A stretch of DNA of 64,000 nt from a virus: IMG/VR virus record IMGVR_UViG_3300013004_000026, positions 104,428-168,427 of that record; one strand, given 5' to 3'. The stretch's first letter is position 1, and each line of letters starts with the position of its first letter. Below, in pieces: positions 48,506 to 57,550 of this stretch. The notes beneath the pieces are model-generated. The model saw only the letters and a program-made list of their open reading frames with translations. It made no database searches and was not told the origin of the DNA. Position numbers and translations under genes: made by a program.

Positions 48506-48554
48506 ACTCGTTTTTTTGGCGCTAAATAACTTGAGCCAAAAATTGGATTAAACA

Positions 48555-48929
48555 GTGGACGACCAGTTAAAAGAATTTATCAAAAAATATCCTTTTATAA
48601 GCTATGTGGTGTATGGTGGCAATGAATACATTGGCATTATACAAAATGTGGATGATATTCTAACCACCGTGTATGATTTTGGTAGCCTGCGCACAGAACA
48701 AGAAAAAGCATTGTTTCTTAATCTAGGCGACCAATGGTGGTGGGAAAGCAATCGTACCATTCCTATCAATGTGTTTCTGAGGCAGGACTGGGTACCTTTT
48801 AGATACTCACTGAAAACCATGAACAGCCGTGATGTGGTAATCAAATTTGGCCCTTATATAAGTCTCAAAGAGATAGCCGCCAAGAAAACCAAACGCCGTT
48901 CAATTGTGTTGGTTCGCAAAACTGATTAG
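48555..48929 (+). CDS. Hypothetical late protein, on the opposite strand to its neighbours
   Basis: GTG start; TAAATA at 48523-48528; WWWESNR..PIN.FL motif. Confidence 0.65.
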   Translation: MDDQLKEFIKKYPFISYVVYGGNEYIGIIQNVDDILTTVYDFGSLRTEQEKALFLNLGDQWWWESNRTIPINVFLRQDWVPFRYSLKTMNSRDVVIKFGPYISLKEIAAKKTKRRSIVLVRKTD

Positions 48930-49490
48930 ATTCATATTCACCACAACCAAGTGCGCATAGGCAACTGCGTGACTTTTCTTGAAATAGTATGCACCGTCGT
49001 CGGGTCGTGTCCAAACATGTTTGGCAACTTCGCTCCAGGCCATGCCGGTTAGATTTCTTTTGGCAGGTCTAATCACACTCAAAAACATAGCCAACCTAGG
49101 AATAGTATCCACAGGTTCTGGCATACGCTTCAACAAGTCCCAGTGATTGTTCACATGAATAAGTTGTTCAAAAAACGCCTTATCAGTGTTAAAACGCTGC
49201 CAGTTGGGGGTAGAATTCATTAATTCTACCAGGTGTGCTTCGTCTTGCACCTGACGGTACAAGTTTACATTGATAAAATCAAGTTTGAGATATCCACGAT
49301 CTTCAGCCTGTTCATAATCTAGACTGGCCAGTCCTGTGAACGGATCTGCAGGAATCATGGTAGGATGCACACCTGTGTTGTGTGCAGACAGTGCATCGTT
49401 GCGACGCAAGCTGGCAGGTGTGTGTTTGATCAATTGCAGTATTTGTTCGCGGTCTGCAAAGTCAATGTCAATATCTGATTGGAACTTCAT
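48900..49490 (-). CDS. Minimal DNA polymerase III alpha (DnaE)-like protein
   Basis: SDIDIDF, HNTGV, KLDFI, IRPA and FKKSHAVAY, in DnaE order. Confidence 0.75.
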   Translation of the reverse strand: MKFQSDIDIDFADREQILQLIKHTPASLRRNDALSAHNTGVHPTMIPADPFTGLASLDYEQAEDRGYLKLDFINVNLYRQVQDEAHLVELMNSTPNWQRFNTDKAFFEQLIHVNNHWDLLKRMPEPVDTIPRLAMFLSVIRPAKRNLTGMAWSEVAKHVWTRPDDGAYYFKKSHAVAYAHLVVVNMNLISFANQHN

Positions 49491-50188
49491 AGCCCTGCCT
49501 CCCCAAGTACATGTTTACACCACTCTGCGTCTGCCATGTAGTCTTGTAGCTTGCGATTCCAATAATCAGGATCAATCCAAGGCAGAACAACAGCCAAAAG
49601 ACTTTGGTCAAGACTGCCAAGAAAATCAACGCCACTAGCGCAATTAAACAATAGCCAAGGACTAATCCTACCGGTAGTAACATGGTGACAAACACGACTA
49701 GCATTAGCATAGCGAAAGTAATCACAAAACCCGTTTTTAAGATCTGGATGAGTGTCTGCATAGTTTTGCATTTCTTTTAGGCCGCGCTCAAGTGCGTCTT
49801 GCACATTCTCTTTGCGCAGATACTGCATGAGCCATTCTTCATAGAAACTGTCCTTGCACCAATGATCCAATTTCTTGTTTTGCTTCAACAACCATTCCAG
49901 ATAGTCTATGGAATTTATTGCACGAACACCAACCAGATGCCGGCCAAATTTAACAAATGCACCATAGTATGGACTGGTTACAAAATCCTCATAACTTTTT
50001 AGTCGAGCACTGCCCTGTGTGACTTCATAAAAGCGCAGATAAGAACGAAGTCCCAGTTGCACTCCTGCTTCTTTTTCCTGCTGCCAGCGTCTTTTTTGCT
50101 CGCAGAGATGTGCTGCAAGTGTAGACTCCTTGCGGAATTCTGTGTTGCAATACCGACATTTATAACTCTGCTTTGATTCGTTTGTCAT
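49487..50188 (-). CDS. Zinc-finger hypothetical protein
   Basis: YKCRYC..F.KE.TL..HLC; coupled to the mini-DnaE gene. Confidence 0.6.
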   Translation of the reverse strand: MTNESKQSYKCRYCNTEFRKESTLAAHLCEQKRRWQQEKEAGVQLGLRSYLRFYEVTQGSARLKSYEDFVTSPYYGAFVKFGRHLVGVRAINSIDYLEWLLKQNKKLDHWCKDSFYEEWLMQYLRKENVQDALERGLKEMQNYADTHPDLKNGFCDYFRYANASRVCHHVTTGRISPWLLFNCASGVDFLGSLDQSLLAVVLPWIDPDYWNRKLQDYMADAEWCKHVLGEAGL

Positions 50189-50627
50189 CCCAACCCAACT
50201 CCCGGGCTTTTTTGATAAGGTCTTGTTTGTTGTTGAGCTTGGCCATGAGTTCAATTTCATCTCTCTTGAGGTGTGGATACAATGCAGCAAGAAACTTCAG
50301 ATGTTTGTTTTCATAACCTGAATTCTTTTTCTTGTTTGCAATCCACTGATGTTTGAATGTACCAATGCCTGGGCTCACTGCTGTGGCGCACAGCCATTGT
50401 AACTTAGGGTGTTTGGCTATGTCAAAAAAATTCTTGTTGAGATTTTGATTACAGCTCATCACATAGTAGGCTTGAATATTGCCAGCGGCCTGCACCTGAC
50501 TGCTCCAACGCAGCATGAGATATGTGCTGAATTTTTTGCGTTCTTCGTCAGTGAGCTCGTCATAGAACAGAGTGTTCTTACGATCCAACTGTGCCATTTC
50601 GTTATTGATATTCAGTTTGTCGCTCAT
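50160..50627 (-). CDS. Possible clamp-loader small subunit (gp62-like)
   Basis: F..YLMLRW.S, K.QW, W..KKK and final helical pattern resemble T4-like gp62. Confidence 0.45.
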   Translation of the reverse strand: MSDKLNINNEMAQLDRKNTLFYDELTDEERKKFSTYLMLRWSSQVQAAGNIQAYYVMSCNQNLNKNFFDIAKHPKLQWLCATAVSPGIGTFKHQWIANKKKNSGYENKHLKFLAALYPHLKRDEIELMAKLNNKQDLIKKARELGWDDKRIKAEL

Positions 50628-50839
50628 GTTTTACTCAACCTATACACTATTTTAACACGATCAAGTGCATCTTGCAAGGCAGGATTATACGGTGCACGAA
50701 ACATTGCGTCAATTATCTCTGGGAGATCATATAAACTTTCGGCATGTACCATTTCTCTAAGATCTGGATTCTTGATCCATACTTCGTGTTCATCCTCACC
50801 GTGATGAATATTGATTGTGGTAAAATCTTTGATGATCAT
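50624..50839 (-). CDS. Hypothetical protein
   Basis: 71 aa; coupled to neighbours. Confidence 0.6.
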   Translation of the reverse strand: MIIKDFTTINIHHGEDEHEVWIKNPDLREMVHAESLYDLPEIIDAMFRAPYNPALQDALDRVKIVYRLSKT

Positions 50840-51183
50840 CAGTGATTCCGTTTGCCATCAAACACACAATTAAATATCAAATGCATTTCCCCGTCATTGA
50901 TTACTCGATGAAATGCACCGTCTGGGATAAGAACAATATCACCTGACTTTACATCAAAAGGTTCGTCTGTTTCGTTGCCCACAATCATTTTACCATAGCC
51001 CTGCACAAACAAGTATACTTCCTCTTGACCCGCATGTCTATGACCTCTGGTGCTTTGTCCCCGGTAAAGTTTTGTCGAACTTAGCACCAGATTGTTCAAT
51101 GTTTTGTTGTCTTTGAGCAAGTAGGTTTCGTTGTCTTTGACAACTTCGCCGCCCACATCATGAATGTTATATCTCAAGTTCAT
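50839..51183 (-). CDS. Cupin-domain protein
   Basis: GHRH..QEEVY.F..G.G and GD..LIPDG.FHRV.N. Confidence 0.88.
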   Translation of the reverse strand: MNLRYNIHDVGGEVVKDNETYLLKDNKTLNNLVLSSTKLYRGQSTRGHRHAGQEEVYLFVQGYGKMIVGNETDEPFDVKSGDIVLIPDGAFHRVINDGEMHLIFNCVFDGKRNH

Positions 51184-51719
51184 AGCAGTTCCTTGGCTTT
51201 GTCATCTATGTAGTATTGGCATCTTTGTTCAAGATCAAAATTTGTAATGACAGCATGGTGCAAAGGTAATCTTGGCATTTGATCTCTAGGTCTGGCACTA
51301 GAGTGATTATGGAAAAATCCATGTCCAAAATAAACCTTGGGCTGCGGCAGGCGTTGGGCCACTGAGTGTAATAACACATGATGCACATGTTTGTATTCGC
51401 CAATGGCATTATGAGTCAGTACTAGATCAAATTGCACTCCTGTGTCGATCAATTTACTCAACACTGCAACTTCATCATTTTGATTGCTCAACGGCACCTT
51501 GTCCTGAAAGCCCAAAAAACATGTGGTGATATTTTGCTGACGCCAGTAACTGGCAATCTCTTGTGCCCTGTCACTGTTTTCGTCGTAGGTAAGATACACA
51601 ATGGTCCAATCCAGTTGTTTTTGTTCTAGCAAAAATGCCTGAGCAAATATCACACAATCGTCAGGATGCGCCACAAGGCACAATCCTTTTTTACTTTTAC
51701 CTTTGATCCAATTAAACAT
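51180..51719 (-). CDS. PIG-L/LmbE family deacetylase
   Basis: VAHPDD and THN..GEY.H.HH. Confidence 0.75.
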   Translation of the reverse strand: MFNWIKGKSKKGLCLVAHPDDCVIFAQAFLLEQKQLDWTIVYLTYDENSDRAQEIASYWRQQNITTCFLGFQDKVPLSNQNDEVAVLSKLIDTGVQFDLVLTHNAIGEYKHVHHVLLHSVAQRLPQPKVYFGHGFFHNHSSARPRDQMPRLPLHHAVITNFDLEQRCQYYIDDKAKELL

Positions 51720-52219
51720 TACCAAACCTTTCCGTAATCAACTACCTCACACTGTCTGCTGATATCTTTAACAAAGTATGCGCACACAGGATTGTCTCCT
51801 GCTGTGAGTGGTACTGCAAGCAACTGCCCGGGCCTGAGCTTGGGGAAATACCACTTGGTGTCATGATATATATCTACAATTTCAATTGGAAAAAACTCTG
51901 GCTTAAAACTTTTTAGTGGATTGAATGTAAACACGCTGAAGCCACGATCATTAATACTGGTCAATGGCACAACTTCTAGGTCACCGAAGTCATGTTCACC
52001 AATAAGCACTTGCCAATCCACTGGCATTTTGATTGTGTGTGGCCCAATACGCAGCACCAGAGCAGGGCTGTTGAAACTTTCTAAAAATATCAATGGTATG
52101 TAAAAGTAATCAGGGTCCTTAGGATTGCTGTTATCAAATACACAAAATCTCAAATCCTCTACTTCGTCTGGAATTTCGTCCATCTCAAACGCTTGATTAT
52201 CCAGCGTTAAAATTCTCAT
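51719..52219 (-). CDS. Hypothetical beta-rich protein
   Basis: 166-aa ORF with GAGG RBS. Confidence 0.65.
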   Translation of the reverse strand: MRILTLDNQAFEMDEIPDEVEDLRFCVFDNSNPKDPDYFYIPLIFLESFNSPALVLRIGPHTIKMPVDWQVLIGEHDFGDLEVVPLTSINDRGFSVFTFNPLKSFKPEFFPIEIVDIYHDTKWYFPKLRPGQLLAVPLTAGDNPVCAYFVKDISRQCEVVDYGKVW

Positions 52220-52221
52220 AA

Positions 52222-52995
52222 TTATTTTCCTCTTCTTAAATCTTTATTGCAGGATACCTTGATCAAGAATCCTTCTCTAGGACTGTGCAACCTATACTGC
52301 TTCAATAACAAATTGTTTTTTTCAAGCCAAGCGCTCATCAATGCATATTCTGTAAACATGGCCTTGTGATTGATTTGCAACATCAGGAGCTGTGGAAACA
52401 GAGCGCCGCATTGTTGCTTTAGATATGTTATCATGTTTTGCACTGAGTGTGTATGACAAGGACACACACTGGCTTCTCTAGTTCTTAGAGCAACTGTGTG
52501 TTCTGTAAAACGCAGTCCCATGAAATCATATGCATGTTCATATTGACTACGATGATGCGAATTTGGGCCAAACCAAGCGTCTTGTGGATCATGTATAGGC
52601 AATGCTTGTAGCATACTCTGTCCTTGAGTATCAACAAAATCATTGTATGCAAGATTACCAAAATAAAAATCCTTGCTGTCATTGATCACATACCATTCTG
52701 TTCTGATCAATTCAGCAGCAATAATCTTGAGTTGTTGTTGGCTTTGCCAATCATATGCACTCTGTTCTGGCCATATGCTGTTGCTCCACAGGTGTCGTAT
52801 GGGTAGCATTGAAAATTGTTGCACTACAGATTCAAACTCAGGCAGATATCTGTAATGATCGTTGAATATCAACAGCACTTCTTCTAAATCATCTCTATTG
52901 CAGTGAGTCACCAGACTGCGAAGATAACGAGATAACAACAACAGGTCTTTGCTGCAAGTAACCACCACAAAGGTTAACTTGTTGGCTATTGCCAT
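52222..52995 (-). CDS. Glycosyltransferase-like protein (GT-A, DUF6492-like)
   Basis: VVTC.KD, W.SQQQLK, YVINDSKD, FTEY. Confidence 0.6.
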   Translation of the reverse strand: MAIANKLTFVVVTCSKDLLLLSRYLRSLVTHCNRDDLEEVLLIFNDHYRYLPEFESVVQQFSMLPIRHLWSNSIWPEQSAYDWQSQQQLKIIAAELIRTEWYVINDSKDFYFGNLAYNDFVDTQGQSMLQALPIHDPQDAWFGPNSHHRSQYEHAYDFMGLRFTEHTVALRTREASVCPCHTHSVQNMITYLKQQCGALFPQLLMLQINHKAMFTEYALMSAWLEKNNLLLKQYRLHSPREGFLIKVSCNKDLRRGK

Positions 52996-54440
52996 TCGGA
53001 CTTCTCCACAGCAAATGGATAGTTGGCTTCTCTATAGAACGCCTTGCGTTTGGTAAGGTGCCGTTTGGCAAATTTACAGGTACTGGTCAAATCCCAGATT
53101 TGTACAAAGTCTTTGTCTTCTGCTTTCCTAATACCTCTTCCAATAGATTGTATAACCCTAACAAAGCTCTTTCCGGGTTCCACAAGAACCAAATTAAATA
53201 TCCTAGGAATATTAATGCCCACAGCGGCCACACCATAAGTCGCCACAATAACCTTGCCGTGTGCGGTAGCCACCTCATTGTACTCATCTTGACGATCTGT
53301 AGCTTTCGTTGCCCCCGATATGAATACTGCATCTTTGATCCTCTCAGTTAATGCTTGACCAGCTGCCACACGATCAACCAGGATGAGAGTGTTGCCGCTT
53401 TCGCGAATACCTTGTACCAGTTGAGCCATGTAGTCTAATCTACCAGCTGTCTCCAATAGGTATTTAAGTTCGCTTTGATAATTGTTGTACTCAACATGAT
53501 CTGCAAGCTGAACAATGTTCACATGACATTGTGCTAGATGACCAGCTTCTTGCAGTGTTGCTGCTTTCAAACTGCCTACTACCTCACCAATGGCACACTT
53601 GATTGACATGAACTCATATTCTTCTTTGGGTATAGTTCCTGTAAGTCCCCAACGAATTGGAATGTGACTCATTACACCTGTCAGCAGAGTTTTCAGTGCA
53701 TCTGCTTTGGCCATGTGTACTTCATCCACAATAACACACACCACATCTTCCAGGAACTCGCCGATGGTAATGTCAGCTTCTTGGTTCTTGGTATTCTTGA
53801 GCAACACATTTAGGCTCTGCCAGGTACAAATAGTGTGCTGACGACCAAACTCTTTTCTATCTCCGTAGAACACACCTACATCTAACTGCATGTTGATATA
53901 ATCAAGCTCTGTTTGTGTGACCAGACTCTTGTTGGGCACTATGACTATGGAGCGACCGTACTGACTCACTGCGTCACTGAGCGCGGCTGTGATCACTGTT
54001 TTGCCTGCACCAGTGGCCACTTCTTGTACACTTTGTGGATTCTCAAAAAAGCGATTGATAATTTCAGCCTGATAGTCTCTGAGACGCATGGGTTGGCCTA
54101 CCATGGGGTGTCCCTTGGGCCAGGCAATATGACTGTAGCTGTCTTCAGTTATCTGCTTGAATTCAAAGTTGGTTTTATACTCTCTAGTATCATTGACTTC
54201 GATGTTGTAGCCTTGCTGACCCAGATAAGACAATATCTCTGGCAATAGATTGATGTAGGTGCTGCCGCCCAATTGGAAAAAACCCACCTTGCCATCCCAC
54301 CGCCCTAGTCGCACTGCCGGCAGATATCTAGCCCCAGGAATTTCGTACTTGTACTTGTTGGCAAGCTCTCGCCTGTCTGAAAGTTCTAGTCCTTCGATCT
54401 TGACATTGACTTCGTCACGGATAATTAGTTTAGCAAACAT
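52986..54440 (-). CDS. uvsW: SF2 DNA helicase, UvsW-like
   Basis: LRDYQ, ATGAGKT, DEVH, GLTGT, QSIGRGIR. Confidence 0.88.
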   Translation of the reverse strand: MFAKLIIRDEVNVKIEGLELSDRRELANKYKYEIPGARYLPAVRLGRWDGKVGFFQLGGSTYINLLPEILSYLGQQGYNIEVNDTREYKTNFEFKQITEDSYSHIAWPKGHPMVGQPMRLRDYQAEIINRFFENPQSVQEVATGAGKTVITAALSDAVSQYGRSIVIVPNKSLVTQTELDYINMQLDVGVFYGDRKEFGRQHTICTWQSLNVLLKNTKNQEADITIGEFLEDVVCVIVDEVHMAKADALKTLLTGVMSHIPIRWGLTGTIPKEEYEFMSIKCAIGEVVGSLKAATLQEAGHLAQCHVNIVQLADHVEYNNYQSELKYLLETAGRLDYMAQLVQGIRESGNTLILVDRVAAGQALTERIKDAVFISGATKATDRQDEYNEVATAHGKVIVATYGVAAVGINIPRIFNLVLVEPGKSFVRVIQSIGRGIRKAEDKDFVQIWDLTSTCKFAKRHLTKRKAFYREANYPFAVEKSEWQ

Positions 54441-54446
54441 GTTGTA

Positions 54447-54476
54447 ATTTTAACACAAAAGCAACAGGCAAATCAA
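54447..54476 (-). promoter_or_regulatory. Sigma70-type promoter of uvsW (leaderless transcript)
   Basis: TTGATT-N18-TAAAAT, with ATG 6 nt downstream. Confidence 0.5.
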
Positions 54477-55180
54477 CCTGTTGCGCAGAGTTTTTCATAA
54501 CTTTTCTCAATCAAATCTTTCATTTGTTTGTCATGACTTTGATATATTGTGATGTGCAGTCTAGTGTAAGGAGTAGGGTTAACCACAGCATGCCTGCAGC
54601 CAACATTGATCATAAACGCTTTACCGTTTTCAAATGGCACGATTCCTGCACCTTCAACTGCAAACTCACAGCCCTGTGGATGATCAATGGCAATGTTAAT
54701 ATTGTCTAGTCCATGACAATCATCTTTGTGCAACCCTATCACTCCATTGGGCTCTAACCCCAACAGTCTAATCTTGTGAAACTGAGCATGCGGCCATTGT
54801 TCCTGTAGATATTTTACTGTGTTGGGCATGAGAGTCAGGGCCTGCGCTGTCCAATCATTGACACCCTGCACAGGACCATGATAGTCGCCTGGATCTTCTG
54901 CTCCACGACTGTAGATGCCAAGGTTGGTCCAGCCATGACTGTCATGGCTGGTAATAGGCTGTGCCAGCATGTGAGGCATGGCAGCACGAGCTTCTTGCTG
55001 AATCATGTGCCAGGGTATTTCAATATCCAGTGGCAAGTAAGGCAACCCACTCTGCCAACATATCCAATCACTGTTGGCTTGATCCACGCGGGGCACCTGT
55101 AGAGAATCTGTTCTTACACTGCGCAGGAACGCCTGTGTTATTCCCGGCTGATGAGCAAACTCACTTACTTCTTTTCGCAT
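54473..55180 (-). CDS. 2OG-Fe(II) oxygenase (Asp/Asn beta-hydroxylase-like)
   Basis: L.PNG.IGLHKD (HxD), HAVVN, RLH. Confidence 0.8.
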   Translation of the reverse strand: MRKEVSEFAHQPGITQAFLRSVRTDSLQVPRVDQANSDWICWQSGLPYLPLDIEIPWHMIQQEARAAMPHMLAQPITSHDSHGWTNLGIYSRGAEDPGDYHGPVQGVNDWTAQALTLMPNTVKYLQEQWPHAQFHKIRLLGLEPNGVIGLHKDDCHGLDNINIAIDHPQGCEFAVEGAGIVPFENGKAFMINVGCRHAVVNPTPYTRLHITIYQSHDKQMKDLIEKSYEKLCATG

Positions 55181-56313
55181 TATTTGCCTAACTTGTGATT
55201 TAGGTACACAATTTTTTCGCTGTTCTGTTGCATCATTTGTTTTTCAATTCCCGGCAACATGCCCGAGTAACTGATCAATAAAGGTATGGTGTCATTGGTG
55301 TTGATAGGCTTATGGGTAAACAGCACCGGTGTGGTTATTTCTTTGATACTGTCTAGTTTTTTATTCAACAACAAAGTCACTTGATCCTGTCCCAGCTCTT
55401 GTGTTACCAACGCATGTTCGTTAGACAAACTAGGTGCATAGATTATCATGGGCAATCTATTTACCAGCTGAGCATAGCGTAGCAGGCGACTCAACTGATT
55501 TTGTGCGCCAGCTAATTCGTATTCTCTACGCAACATGAACACCACTAGATCAGGCCCTAGAGCACTGTCAAGTTCTGTAACCAAATCTTCATGCACAGTA
55601 TAGCCTAGCACACTTGAAAGATCAACCAGCTGATGCAGGTGTTCATCATCCAAACTCCATCCTTGTGCGTGAATGTAGTCTAACATACCAGGTGAAGCAT
55701 TTGTTAGTTCCAGCCCCGACTCAGTCCTGCACAGTTGTATCTTGTACGGCTGTTGTTCTACTGCAATAATCTCTTCCAGGTACTGTTCAATTGGTTGGTC
55801 AATTTCAAAATTGTGCCCTTTGGCCCAGCTTACTGTGAAATTAATATTGTACTCGCTTACTGCAATGACCCAGACCTTGTTTTCTTTGTCAAAGTGTGCT
55901 GACCCTTGTCGTGCTTTCAACAGCTCGCGCAGTTGAGTGATCATATTGCTGTCGTATGGAAAACGAAGATAGATCTTGGAACCGTCGGACCAAATGCGTT
56001 TGCTACGATCAAGATAGCGCAAGGGCCTGCGATATTTTGGATCAGTACAAGGCGTCACATCAATGCCCTTGCTGGCCAGTTGACGCTGATACTTGAGAAT
56101 GATTTTCACAGCCAATTGGGCTTGCTTGTCCGTCATAGCAGTGCCAGCGAGTGTGCTGGATGTCAAGTCATCCAAGAAGCTGGTATCGTATCTGGCAAGA
56201 CTCACAATAGGACTGAATGCACCAAACAAGTAACCAGAACTTATTTTGCCTGCCAAGTCTCGCTTGCCGGCCAGTACCTCAAGATAGTCTTCAACAAAAT
56301 CATAGGTCTTCAT
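55180..56313 (-). CDS. Hypothetical protein with HARP-like segment
   Basis: LRFPYD..MI..LR.......FDKENKVW pattern. Confidence 0.55.
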   Translation of the reverse strand: MKTYDFVEDYLEVLAGKRDLAGKISSGYLFGAFSPIVSLARYDTSFLDDLTSSTLAGTAMTDKQAQLAVKIILKYQRQLASKGIDVTPCTDPKYRRPLRYLDRSKRIWSDGSKIYLRFPYDSNMITQLRELLKARQGSAHFDKENKVWVIAVSEYNINFTVSWAKGHNFEIDQPIEQYLEEIIAVEQQPYKIQLCRTESGLELTNASPGMLDYIHAQGWSLDDEHLHQLVDLSSVLGYTVHEDLVTELDSALGPDLVVFMLRREYELAGAQNQLSRLLRYAQLVNRLPMIIYAPSLSNEHALVTQELGQDQVTLLLNKKLDSIKEITTPVLFTHKPINTNDTIPLLISYSGMLPGIEKQMMQQNSEKIVYLNHKLGK

Positions 56314-56319
56314 GGTTGC

Positions 56320-56348
56320 AGTTTAACAGAGGCAGCATCAGAAGTCAA
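56320..56348 (-). promoter_or_regulatory. Sigma70-type promoter (leaderless transcript)
   Basis: TTGACT-N17-TAAACT, with ATG 6 nt downstream. Confidence 0.65.
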
Positions 56349-56376
56349 AAAAAAGCCCTACCATTTCTGGTAGGGC
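56347..56376 (-). terminator. Rho-independent terminator
   Basis: GCCCTACCA-GAAA-TGGTAGGGC plus T8. Confidence 0.85.
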
Positions 56377-56443
56377 ATAAGGTAGATTGCGGAAAGGAGC
56401 TAACAAACCACAACCATCAAGCGAGACATTGCCCGCCTAATTC

Positions 56444-57490
56444 TTAAGCCATCTTCATGCAAGTGGTTTGAGCCATTGCCTTCCAACGCATGGGGAAGCT
56501 CTTGTACAATTGAGCAACCTTGATTGCCATGCGCAAGCTCAACTCACGCAAGGACTTCTTGTTAGAATCCATAAACTCAATGATCTCATCTGAGCCAGCT
56601 TCGCTGATGTCCATGTCAGCAAACAACTCGCCAGTCTTGGCAATTTGCTTGATGCGCAGGATCTTGTCGCGTTCGGTGTCCAGAGTCAAGTCCAAGTAGT
56701 GGCAGCGTGATTGCAGTGCATCCAAGTGATCGCGCAGTTTTTGCGACTTCATCTTGTCAAACTTGAGGTTGGTAATAAAGATAACCGTACCGTTGAAGTT
56801 GAAACTGTCTGGAATGCCTTCTTCCTTGAGAATACGGCTCTCACTCAACCATGAAATCTTGCGCTTCTTGCCAGAGTCCAAAGCACCTTTCAGCAAGTTC
56901 AAGCTCACATCATCCAACAGGATTGAGTCGCAGTCGTCAAACACAACCACGCAATTTTCGTCCGAGTACTTGTACAGAGTTTGGTACAAGCCAATGGGCG
57001 AAGCAGAACCTTTTACAATCTCGGCACGGAGTCGATTGGAGCCCAACATCTGCATCATCTGCACTTTTTCAATCTCACGCTCAACACCATATGACTTACC
57101 AACACCAGGAGGGCCGCTGACAATCATGGCACGGATTTCGCCGCCCACGCAAGCCTTGGTCATGTCTGTAAGAATCTCAAAACGCTCAGCGATCTCACCC
57201 ATGCGCTCTTCGTCGGTTTTGCTGTCATTGATAGCGTCTTGCACATCTGCATCCACAGCCATCACAGCACCGTCAAACTCGTCGGCACCAACAAACTCGT
57301 AGTCGCTCATGCCTTCAACTTTGACACGGATTTCTTCTGGGAAGCCAGGAAACTTGCCACCGTTTTTTACAGTAACATAACCACCTTTGGCAGTTTGTTT
57401 GAATTGTTCTACCAGCTGGAACACTTTACCCGACACATCGTGAGCACGATAAGCGCCAGACTTAACACGAACGAAAGCAGATTTAGACAT
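56444..57490 (-). CDS. Early AAA+/P-loop ATPase
   Basis: GPPGVGKS, VVFDDCD, IFITN, ALQSR; strong RBS. Confidence 0.85.
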   Translation of the reverse strand: MSKSAFVRVKSGAYRAHDVSGKVFQLVEQFKQTAKGGYVTVKNGGKFPGFPEEIRVKVEGMSDYEFVGADEFDGAVMAVDADVQDAINDSKTDEERMGEIAERFEILTDMTKACVGGEIRAMIVSGPPGVGKSYGVEREIEKVQMMQMLGSNRLRAEIVKGSASPIGLYQTLYKYSDENCVVVFDDCDSILLDDVSLNLLKGALDSGKKRKISWLSESRILKEEGIPDSFNFNGTVIFITNLKFDKMKSQKLRDHLDALQSRCHYLDLTLDTERDKILRIKQIAKTGELFADMDISEAGSDEIIEFMDSNKKSLRELSLRMAIKVAQLYKSFPMRWKAMAQTTCMKMA

Positions 57491-57521
57491 ACAAGCTCCT
57501 TTTTTGTTTAACTATGACTCT

Positions 57522-57550
57522 AGTATAGCAAAATGGGTATTATTGGTCAA
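57522..57550 (-). promoter_or_regulatory. Sigma70 early promoter with extended -10
   Basis: TTGACC-N17-TATACT with TG extension. Confidence 0.8.

Noticed and set aside
49468-49761. Hydrophobic 97-aa ORF nested in the Zn-finger gene
   Set aside because: Alternative-frame overlap with no convincing RBS; probably incidental.
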